Shown here piece by piece: positions 40,699-56,099 of a stretch of 64,000 nucleotides of DNA. This stretch comes from Camelus dromedarius. Lineage: Eukaryota. Both the position numbers and the translations under genes were made by a program. The number at the start of each line of letters is the position of its first letter. The first letter of the stretch is position 1. Where the stretch lies: assembly GCF_036321535.1 (NCBI RefSeq), contig NC_087436.1, positions 60,514,001-60,578,000 of the forward strand. Direction: 5' to 3'. Below the pieces are notes generated by a model. The model had not been told where the DNA came from and searched no databases. It worked only from the letters and a program-made list of their open reading frames with translations.

Positions 40699-43600
40699 TT
40701 GAAAATATTTTGAATGTGAAATGTAGTGTCTAGCATTTGGTACATGTGGCAGCATAGCAACCTGCTGTTGGGCTGTGCAGTACTCATCCTCCCTTGCTTT
40801 TAACTTAAAAGAATAAAAATTTTAATCACAATTATACATAAACCCATACCCATATTCAATAAACAACTTGGAAAGCCATCAGTTGTACAGTTAGAGTATA
40901 AAGAGTGTCCTGGTAGAGAGAGTTCTGTATTTAGAGATAGCTAACATGCATTTGAGTTCCAAATCTGTCCCTAACTACTGTTGTGCCTATGATCAAATTA
41001 TGTGGCTCTCAGTTGACTTGTGGATAAATTACTACAATTTAGTTGTAATTTTTTGTATTATAAATAATGTTTTGATGAAAATTCTTAAATTTAAGTTTTG
41101 GTTTATATCTTCACCAATTCCTTAGGAAAGTTAGGAGAAGTAAATATTTGCTGCTGAAAATATTGGAAATTCCTGATGTACAATAAATGTATTATGTTCA
41201 GTAAATATTTCTCATTTTTAATGTATTCCCCTTCTTGCTTTTGCAGTAGTTTCCTAGACAAACATATATGAGATCACTAAAAAGTTAGCAGAATTTTACA
41301 AAAGTATATAACTAAATATGTCTTTAGATATCAATGAAAGTAGTCTGATCCTAAAATTAATTTAGGAATTATAATTAGCACATTAATTTAAGGGTTCTCC
41401 AACTTTATTCATGTCATTTATCCTCCCTAATTTTTATGTGTAATAAGAAGATAATATTATCTATCTAACAGGGTGATTGTGAGAATCAAATGAAAACATA
41501 CATGTTTACACTGATGTACTTTACAGGTTGTAAAACACTATATATTTTTCATTATTGTCATTAATTTTTGATGAATAAAATGGTCAACTTCATTGAATGA
41601 TCTTTAATTTCAATTTCAGGTTATATTGGTTTTCCTCTAACATTTCTTAAAATCAATGAATAGGACATTTCTTTAATAAATATTTTGACCTCTTTTGATA
41701 AATATATTAGATATATTTCTATAGTAATGTCAGAATATGGTGAAATTTTGAAGCTCTTTATATGAGGCAGATTTATGAACAAGATTAAAAATAATAAAAT
41801 GAACAAATGAATTTTTATGAAGCATCTTCAAAAACTTTTGACTCTAGGAGGGACCAATTTTTCGAGACAAACCTGACTTGTTTTTCATGGACATTTCAAA
41901 ATAAACCTAGCTTGTATGATACAGTTTTAAAGAAGGAAAAGGAACAGAACCATCTGAGAATCTCTGGAATCCTGCCGAAAGATAATTTGGCATTTTATCC
42001 CACCTTCTGGATGCAGTTGATTGGCAGTAGTTATGTAATGCCAGAGGCATAGTGGGACTAGGAAGAGAAAACCAGAGAATTCAGTGTTCTTTCTCTTAAA
42101 GAACAGCTTGTCTCTTTAATAATAAAATTTTTCCACCCAATCTTCCAAACTTATACTATATGATTTGTGGGATCAATCTCTTTATGTTGCTAGACTTTTA
42201 TGTTCTCTTCCCACACTATCTCAGAAGAATAAACATTGCTTGATAAATATTGGTTAATTATCCCATTCCATATTTCTAAAAAAGAGTTACTTTAAGGTGA
42301 ATTTATGCATATAGATTAAGATGACTAAGTAGCTATTCAGATTTTTTTAAAGTATATTGTTACTTTAAAAGGAAAAATTGTTGAATTCTTAAATTTTGTA
42401 GTCAAGTAGAATGATCATCAGTTCTAAAGGAGTTTCTAAGATTTGTTCAGCTTCCACAACCTTGAGAAGGAACAACTTAAGAGGAATTTTAATAAAGACA
42501 TTTCTTCACACATGTGACAGTGTTATTTAGAAAATTCTCCCAAGGGTATTTTATAAACATACATGAAATTCCTGGTACCCTTGGGAAGTTTCAAAAATGC
42601 CAGGGAAGTTTTCAGATGTAACTGTGGGTGCAGAATCACCAGTCTTAGCACTGGCATGGACCACCATAGCTCCCTTCTTCAGATTCATTTTCAGACCCAG
42701 AGTAATTAACTGACTTGCCCAAGGTCACAAAACTTGAAGGTAGTAGAATGGGCACTAGAATAAGTATTGTTTTCCCTAGTGCTGTAGTCTTCTTGTTTTA
42801 AGAAGCCTTTTTTGTTTTAAAAGTATTGAAGACCCTTTCTCCTGTTGACATTCTTTCCTTGATCTGTTTCATAGTTTTAAGCAATGGAGATATATCGCTC
42901 TCTCCCCCATTTCCAACTCATCTTAGAATTTAAAAGAAATTTATCATTGTCCTCCATCCTTTTACTGCAAAATGATTGATAGCAATAACACCCAACATAA
43001 ATGTTTCTCTCCAAGGCAGGGTTTCTTTGTTGATTAGTAGAAATATTACACATTATCAAGTATATAAACATTTTTTTCAACAAGAACTTTCAAGCTCTTT
43101 TTTTTTCTTTCCTTTTTTATAGCAATCTGAGTGTCACAGTAACCATGTTCTCCTAATGCCTGTCTTTAAGTCTGTTTATTCATAGATGAAGGAAACATGT
43201 CACATGGGATTTGTCTAAGAGATTTGGACTGCTTATTCAAGTTGGCCAAAGGTCACCAGATGCAAACATCCATCCATCTATCTATCCGGCTGTCCACCTA
43301 TCCATCCATCCCTTCAGCTAATAATTATTGACTACTATTGAGTTGCCCTTAGATTAGTTTCTGTCATTCTGTCATGGAGGAATATGTGGAGAAGCCATAG
43401 CATACTCTTTTCTTTTTCTTCCTTTTTTTTAGTGTATTTCTTTCTATTTTGTCTAGCCTGACCTTGGCCTCTTTGTTGTACTTCAAGTTTCTTATTGTTT
43501 AAAGTTATTTCTTCACCCTAGAGTATTTTCTTGGTCACTTCATTTGTTTTTTTCAATTATAAAATTAACTCAGAAAAATGATGCAAAGATTACTATAAAT

Positions 43601-46600
43601 CACAGGCCATAAACTATAATATTGTCTATGTCAAATGTATAGATTAAAGTGTTTCAAATACAGACATTGAAAAAGAATATGTCTCATAAAAATATGTAGT
43701 TTTTATTACTCCCCACTCCATTCTGGAAGTCAGTATTTAAAAAAAAAAAGGGGGGGTCGGGGTAGAATAGCTGTCTTAAGACATTCATCCTAGAAGAAGG
43801 CCAATCAATATAAATGAAGATCTCTTCATACAGTTTATAAACCCACAATTAAGAATGTAGTTTCTTAAGCATCTATTTATATGTTAGACTTTTCAGGTTG
43901 AATGCACATATTATGTAATTCTTCAAAAGAAACATTTTAAAATTTTGTTAAAGATAGATATAGAAGCAAGAGATAATGAAATGTTCAAATCTTATTTTTT
44001 CATCCCATATGTGAAGGAAAAAAGATGAAAAGTTTTTTCTCATAATGTAACCTTAACTATACTTAAATTTGGAGTCAAGAAAATATGAGATGTCTTTTCT
44101 GCCACTCAGAAGTCATCCTTATAGGTGCTAAAATTTGGTATGAATGCAGAATTTGTTTGGCTTGATTGCCAGTGGCTCATTCACATGACCACAAGAACAA
44201 TAGTTACAGGTAATGATAATGAAATCACCTAGCTCAAGTAAGAGTCTGATCTACAAAAAATATGTATATAAAGATTAGGAAGAAATGTGTATTTTCTCCA
44301 GCCACCTTTGGAAAACAAAATTTAAATAGGAGAGTAGAAGTCTGACCTTGAAATTTCACTGCAGACCCAATCTATTTGTCTTTCCTATTCCCTGGTGAAA
44401 TGTATCAAATAACTGAAACCTGGAATTACCATTTCTCATTCTTAAAAATCTTTCTTAACATTCTGTTGATAACTGGAGTAAGCATAATATGTTGTCTTAC
44501 CTGATTCTTCCAATATCATAATGATAGGAACTTGAAGTGGTCTTAGTTAACAGATAAATAATAATTTAACTACTGATGGAAGGGGAAACTTAATCCAAAG
44601 GCCATTAAAATTAGGCTTGGAATTCTAAGAAATAAAATAATTCAAGAAAAAATTTGTACTTAAAGTGTTAGTATGACACAATGTGTTTCCCAAGCACACA
44701 GAAACAACCAGGTCCACGTGGGTGCACCTTGTATTCACAAAGGACTAGCCACATGGGATCTGCTGTTGCTCCAGAGAGAACAGCAGCAAAAGCACTGTTC
44801 TAAAGGTATAAAGACAAAAGAGAAAAAAAAAAAAGACTTGTAACTGTTTGTTCAGCTAAAGCAGGATATTTTTAGTTGGTAATGGCTTTTAATAATTAAA
44901 ACAAGTTCAGCATGTAGGTCATTAACCTCGGATATATTATATGCTGTCATGATTATTAACCATCTGTTCTCAAATCTAAAAATTTTTTTCTTTTATAGAT
45001 CATACTCATTCTTATATTACTAAAATAATGCCCACCATGTTTAAAGACAAGAAAATTATAAAAGTAACACCTTCCACATTATTATTTTTAATGATGAATT
45101 CATGATGAAAGACTCCCCTCTGAGACTGAGGAAGGAACCAAATGACATTTTGGCTACTTAAATTGCCTAGTTCTAAGCAGTTTCTGGCTGTGTTTGTAAA
45201 AGACGTGCATCTAAAAGAGAAATAGAAAAGTCAGGTATTTGACTGTATCTCCTTTGAGAATTATATTTATGAGATAAACGTTAGGAAATGTTTTCCTTTT
45301 TCTCCTTATTGATAAATAAGGTATAAATTATTTTTTAAAATAGCTAAGGCCAGTATATAATCTTAAAGTAAAGGAAAGATGGGTGCTACTGTCATTAGGT
45401 TAAATACTGTACTATTGTCTTACTATAGTCATTAAACTGAGAACATAAGAAGAGGGCCTCTGGCTGAACATTAAACATGAGTTATAATCAGGATTCTGCA
45501 CTCCCTGGGACACGTGAATTGCTTCTACAAACAATGTAGACTGGTGCCGAGACATCTACCTTTCTTGTGACCACAGCTTGTCTGGTGATGCAGCTAGTCA
45601 GGATTAGAGATGCTCTCCCCTTGTGTCAAAGTGTGATGCCTGGTGTGAAGTTATAAGTCTATAAAGGTTTTGTCTTTATGAGTAGAGTACAAACTAGGAA
45701 ACCATATGAATTCCAGTTGCATTTTTACAGATTAGAGAAACATATTTCACACTTTTCCTACAAGATACTATTCATGCAAGCCTTGTTGCAGTCTACACCC
45801 AGTGCATCAAGCAACCAACTGCTTTGCTGTTGATTTTGTGTTATATGGAAATGCATATGAGAGGCCCTATCTGTGAAGCTCTCTATATAAAGAAGTATAA
45901 TTGAATTCAGCAATCATTTGGGCCTCTACTCAACTGCCCTTAAGGCTTTACAGTCTAATTGATAAGGGGAGATGAATTAATTAATTTAAAAAATCACTTA
46001 ATATGATTAATCTTTTAATTACTTAATCAAATAATCATAAAATCAGTGTATTTATAAATCAAATAAGTAGTATATGAGTCATAAATAATTTTGGAGAAGG
46101 ATAAATAATTATAGTAAAGAGTTGGTTATCTGGGAACTACATACAACAGGGAAATTTGATCAGATCCTTAAAAATTTTTAATGAGAGAAATAACATGATG
46201 AAATTGAAGCTTTCAAGTAACAAATCTGATGGCAATGCACAGAATGCTTTGAAGAGAGAAGTTAGGGGTAACAATGATAATTTGAAGTCTAATAGATTTG
46301 TCTGAAATCTCAAGATTTTGGAGTGATATATTCTGACAGTCAAATACTTAAAAGATAGTTTCTTCAAGATAAACAGAAAAGTGCAAACCACGTGTAATAA
46401 TTTAAAAAAAGCATTTTCCCTATTTTATGCAATGAATTTAGAAAGACTTTTGAAAAATGATTTGCATGTTACTAATTGATGGACTTTAACAAACTGAGAA
46501 TTTGGTGTAGTGTTTCTTAAGGTCCCCGTTGTAAATAATATATGAAATATTTGCTATTGGTTTTGAGGTATTGACCCCAAACTAATCTGCACATCCAGAT

Positions 46601-47214
46601 GTTTCCTAAAAACTTTGGAATTTTTGTCATCTTTAACATTTGTTATCTTTGTGTTCAGGTTTAGACTAGGGATGTACATCTCATAACAGGAAGCAAAAAG
46701 AACCAGTCTAAGATGTATAGCATTGGTCAGAAAACCCAGTGACAGCAGAGGTCTACACTGACGGTTTATCTAAAGGTGGCAGAGCCTGTGGATGGGATCC
46801 ATAAAAGGTCCTCCTCAGGAATCCAGTGAAAACCACACACCCTCTAGTAGGCATCTGTGCATCACGGAGGGAGGGCCATGATCATACAGGCAGGCATTCT
46901 GGATGGTCGTTACAGCGTGGGTTTCCATTTCCATAGGAACATGGCATGGACACAACCTGGGCGAGTATGGGGACTTGGGTCACACTGTGGGTTTGAGATA
47001 CAAAACTGAGTAGAGGACAAGGCATCTCAGTCAAAGTATTATAATAAATGTGATAGAGACAGTAATAAGAGTCAGTATAAAGTGACGTGAGAACACTGAG
47101 AATTGAACTCTGGACAAGAAGACTGAAAAAGCTTCACAGAAGTGTCATTCGAACATCAGCAGCACCGAGCTGCTTCTAACCAGGCTTCTCTTACCTTGGT
47201 GCCACTGTGCTGCT

Positions 47215-47850
47215 CTCTCCTTGCCTTCTCTCCCTTCTCTTACCAACCCTTCCCTAAACTTCAAGACTTCCCGCGAGCATTGCTTTCTTTCTCCAGGAAG
47301 TTTTCCCTAACCCTCTCCACCTCCTAGCCTGACTTATGATTTATCCCTTCGCTTTGCTTCCATGGTCCTGTGCACACTCCTGTCCCTGCACCAGCCAGTG
47401 CACAGTAATCTGCTTGTGCATCTCCTCAGCTAGATTCTGAGCTCGTTGAGAGCAGCGGCTATTGCATTACCTTGTACCCTCAACTCCTTGCTGAGAGCCC
47501 AAGACGGGGTACCTGGAGGTGAAGCTGGGAAGTGGCTTGGGCCGTGCAGTGAGTGACTCTTTGTGTGACACGAACTTTAGTCAGTAGCCATATGGACACA
47601 CTGACAGTTTTTCAACAGGAGTGTGGTGAAATTAATTTTGGATTTTAGAAAGAAAGCTCTGATGGCAGACGTAGAAATAAAAGAAGAGATTAGGTAGGAA
47701 TTCCAATTAGGAAATTTAAGCACAAATATAGGTTAAGAGATCACTGAAGGTCTGAACCAGATTGCAAGTGTGAAAATAGAGGAAAAAAAGTTAACAATTT
47801 GGGTGTAAGAGGGGTAAGAGAGAGAGAGAGGTGTAAAGAATGACTGAGTG
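47215..47850. mobile_element. Two adjacent L2 fragments in opposite orientation
   Basis: tctccaggaagttttccctaac...ctagattctgagctcgttgagagcag (+), then ttttggattttagaaagaaagctctgatggcag (-). Confidence 0.55.
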
Positions 47851-49303
47851 TGGAACTGTTTTTACGGAGTGAATGAAAATTTGAGTATTTGAGCTAATTA
47901 GGCCTAATACTCACTTTTGGACAAAGTAAAATGCTTGCAACTTACCATTTCAGCCACAGACTAAAAAAATGTATAAATCTTCACTTTGCAACCTTTATCA
48001 TACACCTTATTTGACACGAGTCCAGCCAGCTCCACTGTGCCTAAACTCCATTACAATCCTAGGCCAGCAAAACAAGGGAATTCTACTTACCCCCAGAATT
48101 CTAGATAAAAGATTTATTGCCTTTTTTCTCCAGTCATGTGTCTAAGTGTGGGTAGAACTTCTACCTATGTTTTAATAAATTTTTACCATAAACATTTATC
48201 TTCATAAATGTTTCAAATTAAGTAAATTATTTTCTTAACCTGAACAATTTACAACCGGGTAAAATATTTTTCCCATAAAAAACAGAAATGTCATAATGGG
48301 TATTTTGGAATTAATTAAATAATTTTGAAATACTCATATGTAAAAATATTTCAGGTTACTTGAAATGTGCTATGATTATAAAAATACTTCAACTTTGTCT
48401 TCTACGTATTTCTAATGATAGTTTATATAATTTCGCATTTTTATACCACCAGTAGTGATCTTTTCTCCAAACCTCAGTAAGACATACTTCTATGTACCTC
48501 TCACCACCATACTGAATCTCCATTTACATCAGAATAAACAATATTAGTTGAAGGCTATTGCTAATAAAGTTGTAAGAATATGCATGAATTTTACCTTCAG
48601 ATAAAAAGCTTTTATTGTATTTTATGTGCGGTCACAAAGCATAGAATTCATTTTCAAACCTACAGAATGCTGATGAAGGAAATGGTCAGAAAACTGTGGC
48701 GTAATGATTACATATCTCATAACCTTTCCTTGGTGGATTAGTGGATATTGAGTAGGGAGACGACCAGTAACGATTCAGGCTGGCTGCCATAATCAAAGGG
48801 ACACAGAACTGTGCATGATCCAGCAAAGCATCGGTATCTGTGCTCTCTTGTAATGTTTCCCTAAAATTTTAAAGGAAAACTGGCACAGCACTAGATATTT
48901 ATAGCTATAGGTCTTGAAGAATAAAAAATGTAAATAGTCATAGTGCTAGTGATTTGTCCGGGCAGGACTGCCTGGGGCTGCTTTGCAGCAAGGCTGACTC
49001 TGCCTGAGAGAGGTTAAAGAAAATAACACTTGCTTTAGTCCCTTTTTCCTGCAGACCATACTTTTCCCCAGGGTAATATCTCTAGATGGGGAGCCTGAGA
49101 CAAGGTGCCTATCTTGTTTTTCTCTCTCCCTCAAGACTTATCGTAAGTTATATTGGGGTGATATATCTTGCCAGACCTTGGCCATGTCTCTTCTTTTGTG
49201 AGTCACCTTCCTTCATTTTCTTTCATTTCACAAATATTCCTGAGTTGTCACTCAGTATTAGGTGCTATAACCGTTACAGGTGTGTTTTACAGGTCTGTTT
49301 CTT

Positions 49304-49327
49304 TTTTTTTTTTTTTTTTTTTTTTTT
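49304..49327 (-). mobile_element. Solo poly(A) retro-insertion
   Basis: T tract (26 T, 49302-49327) between perfect 15-bp direct repeats acaggtctgtttctt (49289-49303 and 49328-49342); empty site TCTT/AA. Confidence 0.8.
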
Positions 49328-49574
49328 ACAGGTCTGTTTCTTAAAGCTCGCGGTTTAACAAAAAGTCCACAAATGAGAATTATGAGTTCGTTTATTTACT
49401 AGTCACCCACTGAACATCTGTAATTTGTTAGGGACTATATTAACACTGGAGACTCAAAGGTGAATAAGAGAAACCTCACACTTAAAGAAATTTCTTTAAG
49501 ATCTATAATAGAAGTAGGTTTGGCAACCTGGCAACACAGAAGCAGGTTGTGTTTAAACAGGAGCTGGGCCTTCT

Positions 49575-50040
49575 GTTAGCTTTGTCAGATTCTTCAGAAG
49601 CAGTCTGAAGTCAGTGGAGAATGCAGGTAGTTGGTTTGGGTGGTAATCCCAAGGAACAGGAAAGGGTATGGCAGGTAGGGAGAAAAAGCTAGTATAAAGG
49701 TAGTTTATTGGCAATAGGGCCTTTAAGTCCCTGCAACCTCTCAAGAACTGTATAGATGGCTTCCCTGAATTATCTGCCTGAAGGACACAAGGAAGAAGCA
49801 TTTATCCATCAGCTCCTGTGTCCCATTGATTGAGAGCTGCCACTGGGATATTAACTCTGCAGTTCTGTAGGGTCCCATCTTATCTTTAGCACTAGAGAAA
49901 CCCTAGGCAGACAGCAAGTAAGCAAAGCATACTTAAGGCAAGATGCTGGCAAAAAATGAAGCAAAGCCCATAAGAAATTGTGCATCAGCACTGGCTGACA
50001 TCAGAGGAACTGACCAGGGACTGTGAGGAACAGGACTTTT
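49575..50040. mobile_element. Degraded ERVL-type LTR
   Basis: tgcaggtagttggtttgggtggtaatcccaaggaac...gcatttatccatcagctcctgtgtcccattgattgagag; family uncertain. Confidence 0.4.
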
Positions 50041-52185
50041 GATGTTCCTTTTCTGATCTGTGTGGTTTCTCCTGCATACACGTTAGCAAATGCATGCTGG
50101 ACCACTGGATTAACATGAGCCAAGGCACGGAAGCAAAGAGCACAAATTAAATTTAGGAAAAGCTAGACGGGTTGTGCCTTTACTGAGCCTGAGTCAGTTG
50201 GAAAGGAGAGGCCTGTGGAAGAGAGGCAGGAGTTGACATAAGAAAGTCAGGTGGGGCTAGATCTCCTATCAGAGAGCGTGCACCTTATCACAGGTGAAGA
50301 GGAGCTCCTGAAAGATCTTTAAGTTTGTATTTCAGACCTTCTCACCAGTGTTTAGGTCTGATTTAGGGGCAGCCACACCAAAGGCAGGAAGACCATTTTG
50401 ATGACTAATGATGCAGGGATGAGAAAAATGTCATCTTAAACCAACGCAGGATGCTTATGATGTATAATCAAGAGGATTTAACAGATGTGATATGAAAAGA
50501 GATGGAAAAAAGGAAATCATTTGTTTATTGTTCACTTATTTATTGTTTGTTTGTTAATTTACTCAGCCCCTCTTTCTAAGTGTGGACGAACTCTAGAAAA
50601 ACTTATATCAGAAAATTCTGGGCATTCATACTGATGTCTGTGTTGAAACAAATAAATCTTTATATATTCAGAAATGTATAAACAAATGTAAATATTAGAA
50701 ATAAAAATTTTTAAAAGTCATCAAACAAATTTCTCTGGGCAGTTGAATTCTTCGCTGGCAGTATGCTCTGTGACTTTTGTATATGATCTGTGTGGACTCA
50801 TTATTTTGCTACTTGGAAAATGTTCTCTTTCAAATCTGTGCTACCATTGTCATATGCTTTACTATTTACTTTTCTGCAATCAGAAATCAGTCACTGATCC
50901 AAATGATTCTCTCTGACAATTTTTAAAAACATTTTAAAAACCTGCAGTCTTCAGGGCCAGTATGTAGTAGCACAAAGAAGAAAATGCCATCCAATTCGAG
51001 AAGAATCTGTAAGTTAGCCACCTGTAAATGCGGTTCTAGCTCAGGAGAAACACAGCTGTTTATATGTTTCAGAATCAAACTTCCTGAAATGAATACAGAG
51101 GAAGAGTTATAACTGAAGCAACAGTCAGCTGTAAACATAAGACCATCCCAGGAAAATTTTCTCAGCTTTCATTGCCTCAGTCTTAAAGTTGGTCTTTTTC
51201 TGTATTAGATGAAAGCGAAATAACTGAAAAGAATCTGTTACAATTTTGAAATATCTTGAAAATATATTGAGGTGAAGCTACTTTCCCTTAAGTGAGCGAC
51301 AATTTGCTGGTTGTTTTGCTCTCCAGACAGATGAAAGTAATGCCCTTTCTCTCTCTTCTTAGTCTCAACATCTCTTCTGTTACTATGTGTCAGGAAAGCA
51401 GGACACCATAAATGGAGGTATGATTGGTGGAGGTACTCTGGTAGGTAAATGAGAAGATTGGTGTGGACACAGGTGATTTGGGGTTAGGAGGATGATATGG
51501 AGCCAAAGAAATAATAATTAGCAGAACCTGGTGCATATGTGTTTGTCTTAGCAGAATGCAAGAAAGAGAAAAACAGGCAGAATTCTTCCTTAGAAGAATG
51601 ATTCGTCTTTGGTGAAATCTTGGAACAGTTTTATAACTTGGGGGATAAATAAATCCTTGACTACTTCTTGTAGAATATTGGTCACTTGGAGATATGATAT
51701 AAACATGATTTATACTGCATACTAATTACAAACAAACAATTGCCTAAAGAATTCCAAGGGTATGTGGCCCAGTGATTTTTAGAGCTACTGTAGTATAATA
51801 GTTCCAAAGACGGCGTCTGCTGCAGTGGAAGGAATATAGAGAAATGGGGAGAAGATGACTTTTTAACGTGTGTTATAGTAGACTTTTTTCCTATGATTGT
51901 GGGAGGGATCTGGAATTAAGAAAAGAAAGCCAGATATAAATCAGCTACTGATTGGTAAGAACTATAGTAAGCAAGTGTCAGATGCAATACAAGTGCCATT
52001 ATTTAACATGGAAATAGTAGGATTAGTTAGGATGTTTTACTGCTAGTACTGGTACATTTTACTGCTTAACTAGTATTTATTATCTTAATTTCTAATTAAA
52101 TTCCTGAGAGAAGTACACAACGTAATACTGAAAAAAAATTATTATTTACAAACATTTTGTTTTTCTTTTAAGAATAATATATTAA

Positions 52186-52725
52186 TGTTATAGGCAGACT
52201 AATTTTCCCTTTTTTACCCCCTTCCCACCACCTAAAGAGGTCCACGTCCTAATCCCCGAAACCTGTGACTATATTGTGTTAAGGAAAAGGGGAATAAGGT
52301 TGCAGATGGAACTGTTTGCTAATCAGCTGACCTGGAGATGGGAGGGTACCTAGGATTATCCAGGTGGGGCCAATGTAATCACAAGGGTTCTTATAAATGA
52401 AAGAGGGAATCAGAAGAGTCAGCGTTAGACGATGACACCTGAGAAAAACTCGAACAGCCTTTGCTGGTTTTCTAAGAAAAGCCCTACGCCAAAAGAGGCA
52501 TATGCCAAGGAACGCGGGCAGACTCCAGAAGCTGGAAAACACAAGGAAATGGTTTCTACTCTAGAACCTCTACAAAGAAGTGCAGCCCTGCTGACACCTT
52601 CATAATAACCCAGGGAGACCCATTTCAGACTTCTGACCTCCTGAATTGTAAGATACACATTTCTATTATTTTGGCCACTGCATTTTTGGTTAATTTGTTA
52701 TAGCAGCAGTAGGAAAACTTAATAT
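52186..52725 (+). mobile_element. MLT1D-like solo LTR (ERVL-MaLR), near full length
   Basis: Starts tgttataggcaga; gtccacgtcctaatccccgaaacctgtga; ctaatcagctgacct; ggattatccaggtggggccaatgtaatcacaaggg; ends ttgttatagcagcagtaggaaaacttaata. Confidence 0.9.
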
Positions 52726-55700
52726 TACCTAAAAATCATAAGGGATAATTAAGTGGGCAGAATACTAAAAGAATTTAGGAACGATCATACAGATTTTGTT
52801 GCCAAAATAGGAATTTAAAATTCATGATTACTTTAAAAATATAGTTATTTGAACTATGTGAGTATCCTTTTCCAATTTCATAAAGTACTACTTGTCAAAT
52901 TGTGAAAAACAGAATGAATTATAGTAATTTAAAATGGAAGTTAATGTTATTTAAAAAGAAATGGAAAGAGCATAACACAAAGAAAGGCTTTCTAATGGAT
53001 CTTTGTGTTACACACCTGTACACATGTCCATATATTCAGAGGTGGGTTATGAGAAGATTAGAAAACAAAAAAATTAAGGGAAATATATATTTCGTTCAAT
53101 GAAAACTCAGTACAACTGTTATAGGCCAGTAAACGTGACATCTTTGGAACATTAGACCATATTAATTATACTTAAAATTTTAGGAGAGATTAAATTAAAG
53201 TTGGTACTAGATCCTTACTCATTTAACACCTAGCTAAGATGTGGAACAGTTGTTTCATATTTAAAGGCAAAAAAAAGCTTGAATAAATTGAGCTACAAAG
53301 TTGTATCATGAGGTGGAAGATACTTTGTATCTCTAAATTTTACCAATTATACATTAAAGGAAAATGCTTCACTTTATTGTCATTTGGAAAGAAAAAAATA
53401 GGATTTCTACATAATGTTAAAAGAACTGAATATCAATATTAAATGTATGAAACAGGCAGAGTCTTTTATTCACTTCTTCTGCCCCTTTTACGAATAAAAT
53501 TCAATTTATTTGTAAAAGATCAATTGAAGACTCAGTCTAAGGAAAATCTAAGATACTGATTTTAAATGAATCATTATTCTAGTTTAATATTTTGTTTAAA
53601 ATGTTTATGTTCTGTCTTCCACCAAGTTTAGGTTTAAAAAACAAAAAACTTACCCACTTGGACTTTAAGGTGGAAGAAACCAGCTAAGTAGATGAATAAT
53701 ATTACACTTTCTTTCCTCAATATCTTGTTATTTTTAATTTAGAAACAGGAATTGTATGGATTTAGTTTGTCTTGGGATCTCACAAGTGTTAGCAATTCAC
53801 TCTCCCCCCATCTTGACTGTGACTTGAAATAGGATCTCAGTAGTTGAAGCAAAAACTGGGCTCTGAGATTTGGTTAAAAATTATTTGGCTGAGAGCCTGT
53901 TGCTGAGGGAAAGAAGTAACAAATCCTAAGCATATTTTTGGAGCCAAATGCCAAATTTTCTGTGCCTAGTGTCACAGCTCCAGATTTACCCTTCAAAATG
54001 ATTCTAGACCAAATGCCAGAAATGTTCTGGTTCTGGCTACAGGATTATGTTCACCAGTACTAGGAGGCAAGAGGCAGCATCACAATTATATGTGAGCCCT
54101 CTTGTTTTTCAAAGTTAGGGGCCTTTGCTTTTTTGATCATTTGTCATTCAGATTTTCTGAACATTTCATAATTTGTAAGGTGAGTACTTTAATGAGAAGC
54201 ACTCTGTATATGTAATATTTTAAGCACAAAAATTTCTGAAAGTACTATCAATCTTGTAAAATAGATGTGGGGGAAAAAAAGGAACTTAAAACATTCTTTC
54301 CCCATGCTGCCCTACTTTTGACATCTGCATTTAAAAAATTTTCCATTATTAACACTTACTTTGGTGAAAGTAGCTGTTACCAAGGCAACTCTATAACTCC
54401 ACCCAGATAAGCATGAATCTTGAAGATGGCTTCTATGCCTCTGAGCATAGATTCAAGATACTTTAACTCATTAAAGGCAAATTTGAAAATACAGAACAAT
54501 ATATATATATTGAAGAAGAAGGGTTAAACATATTTAAACTTTAGATTTTTATCAGTCTAAAGCTATTTATTTTTATTCTTGGTTTAGATAACTTCATAAA
54601 GCAATTGCTTCTCCACATAAATAGCAAGTGTATTTTCAATGGACTGAGCAACTTACAGGGTCACTTTTGTAGCCAGCTATTTGTTTATTTTGTTTCTGTC
54701 TTGATTTCACTATTCGATATTTCTGTTTAAATCTTTCAGCAAACATTAAAATGCTTGTGAAATCAAATGACAAAAAAAGTTTCAGCCTAAGATAAAATAG
54801 AAACAGAATGCCACTTGTTCATGGAGGAGGAGAATCTCCTTCTGAACTTAAAACAACTCCTTTTGTTCTGTGTTCTCAAATCTGCCCTTGCTTGATCAAT
54901 TATAAACACATATAAGGATACAGTATAGTTTATATACCAAAGGATAATTAAAACAAATGATAACTTAAAAGAGGATATCTACAAAGAATTAAATGAATTA
55001 CAGTAAATTCTCATTATTTTCAAACATAGCTCCGCACTCATTTTCCTGTTCCTCAGATTTCGTGGGAGGAATATCCAGCAAGAAATTTAGTTCAGTGAAC
55101 ATTGCAGATGTCAAGATTCTACCCATGTGGGCAATATCTATCTAAGTAAAGAGTTTGTGTCTTGGCTCTGTACTCTCACCAGCAAAACGGGGAACATGGC
55201 CCCTGAATACAGCCACTGCCTGGCTATCTGATTCTCTGACACTGGACATATTCTTAGATAAGCAGGTCTTTCCCTGCACACACTGATCTGTGGCTCAGAG
55301 AGATTCCAGGAGGCAGGGAATTTGTGATTGGGATCAGTGCCCCTTTTATGTAAGGAATTAACAACGTCACTACATTTGAGTGAGAAAGAACCCTCAATAT
55401 TTTTAAGACTATGGAAATCATACAACTTGGAAAGTCATAAATTGGTTATCTACCAGTGCTTGTGCATTTTAAGTGCACTCAAAGTGCAGTGAGAATTCCT
55501 TAAGCAAATCCTTCCCTCCTCCATATTATTTTCGTTCCTTGGATCCCCATCTATTGCTGCAGACAACAGCTGTGCTGTAAGAATGTCTTCATGTGTGTGT
55601 TACCTCTCCTAGACTAGAGCTCCTGTAGGTCAGGGATAGCATCTTATTCTCAGAATCTCCAACACTTAGCATTATGCTGGTCACAGGGCAGATGTCTGCT

Positions 55701-56099
55701 GAAGAGTTGAATAAGAATATGTGCAAGAAACAGAATTAGCTTTGTTCAGGGAGACGTGACAGGATAAAGAGCAACTTTGGAGGTTAAAGCTTCAGAGTAA
55801 CCAACAGCATCTCTTCATGTCTTGGTTAATTGACCTTTGATTTTTGCCGTTGAACCAAACGTGCAGCGTAATACTTATTCCGTATATTCTTCAATCTAAC
55901 GCCTAATAATATATACTACGGATTTAATAATATTACTGGAAGACCTTGAGAAGACAGGCAGAGAGGGAAATATACACACTAATTTTAAAAATGTATCCCA
56001 ATATCAAAAATGAAAAAAAGGAAAATTGTACATCATTGAACCAAAGGAACACAGTATCTTAAACTGAGTTTACTATGACTTGGTTGCAAATCATTATAA

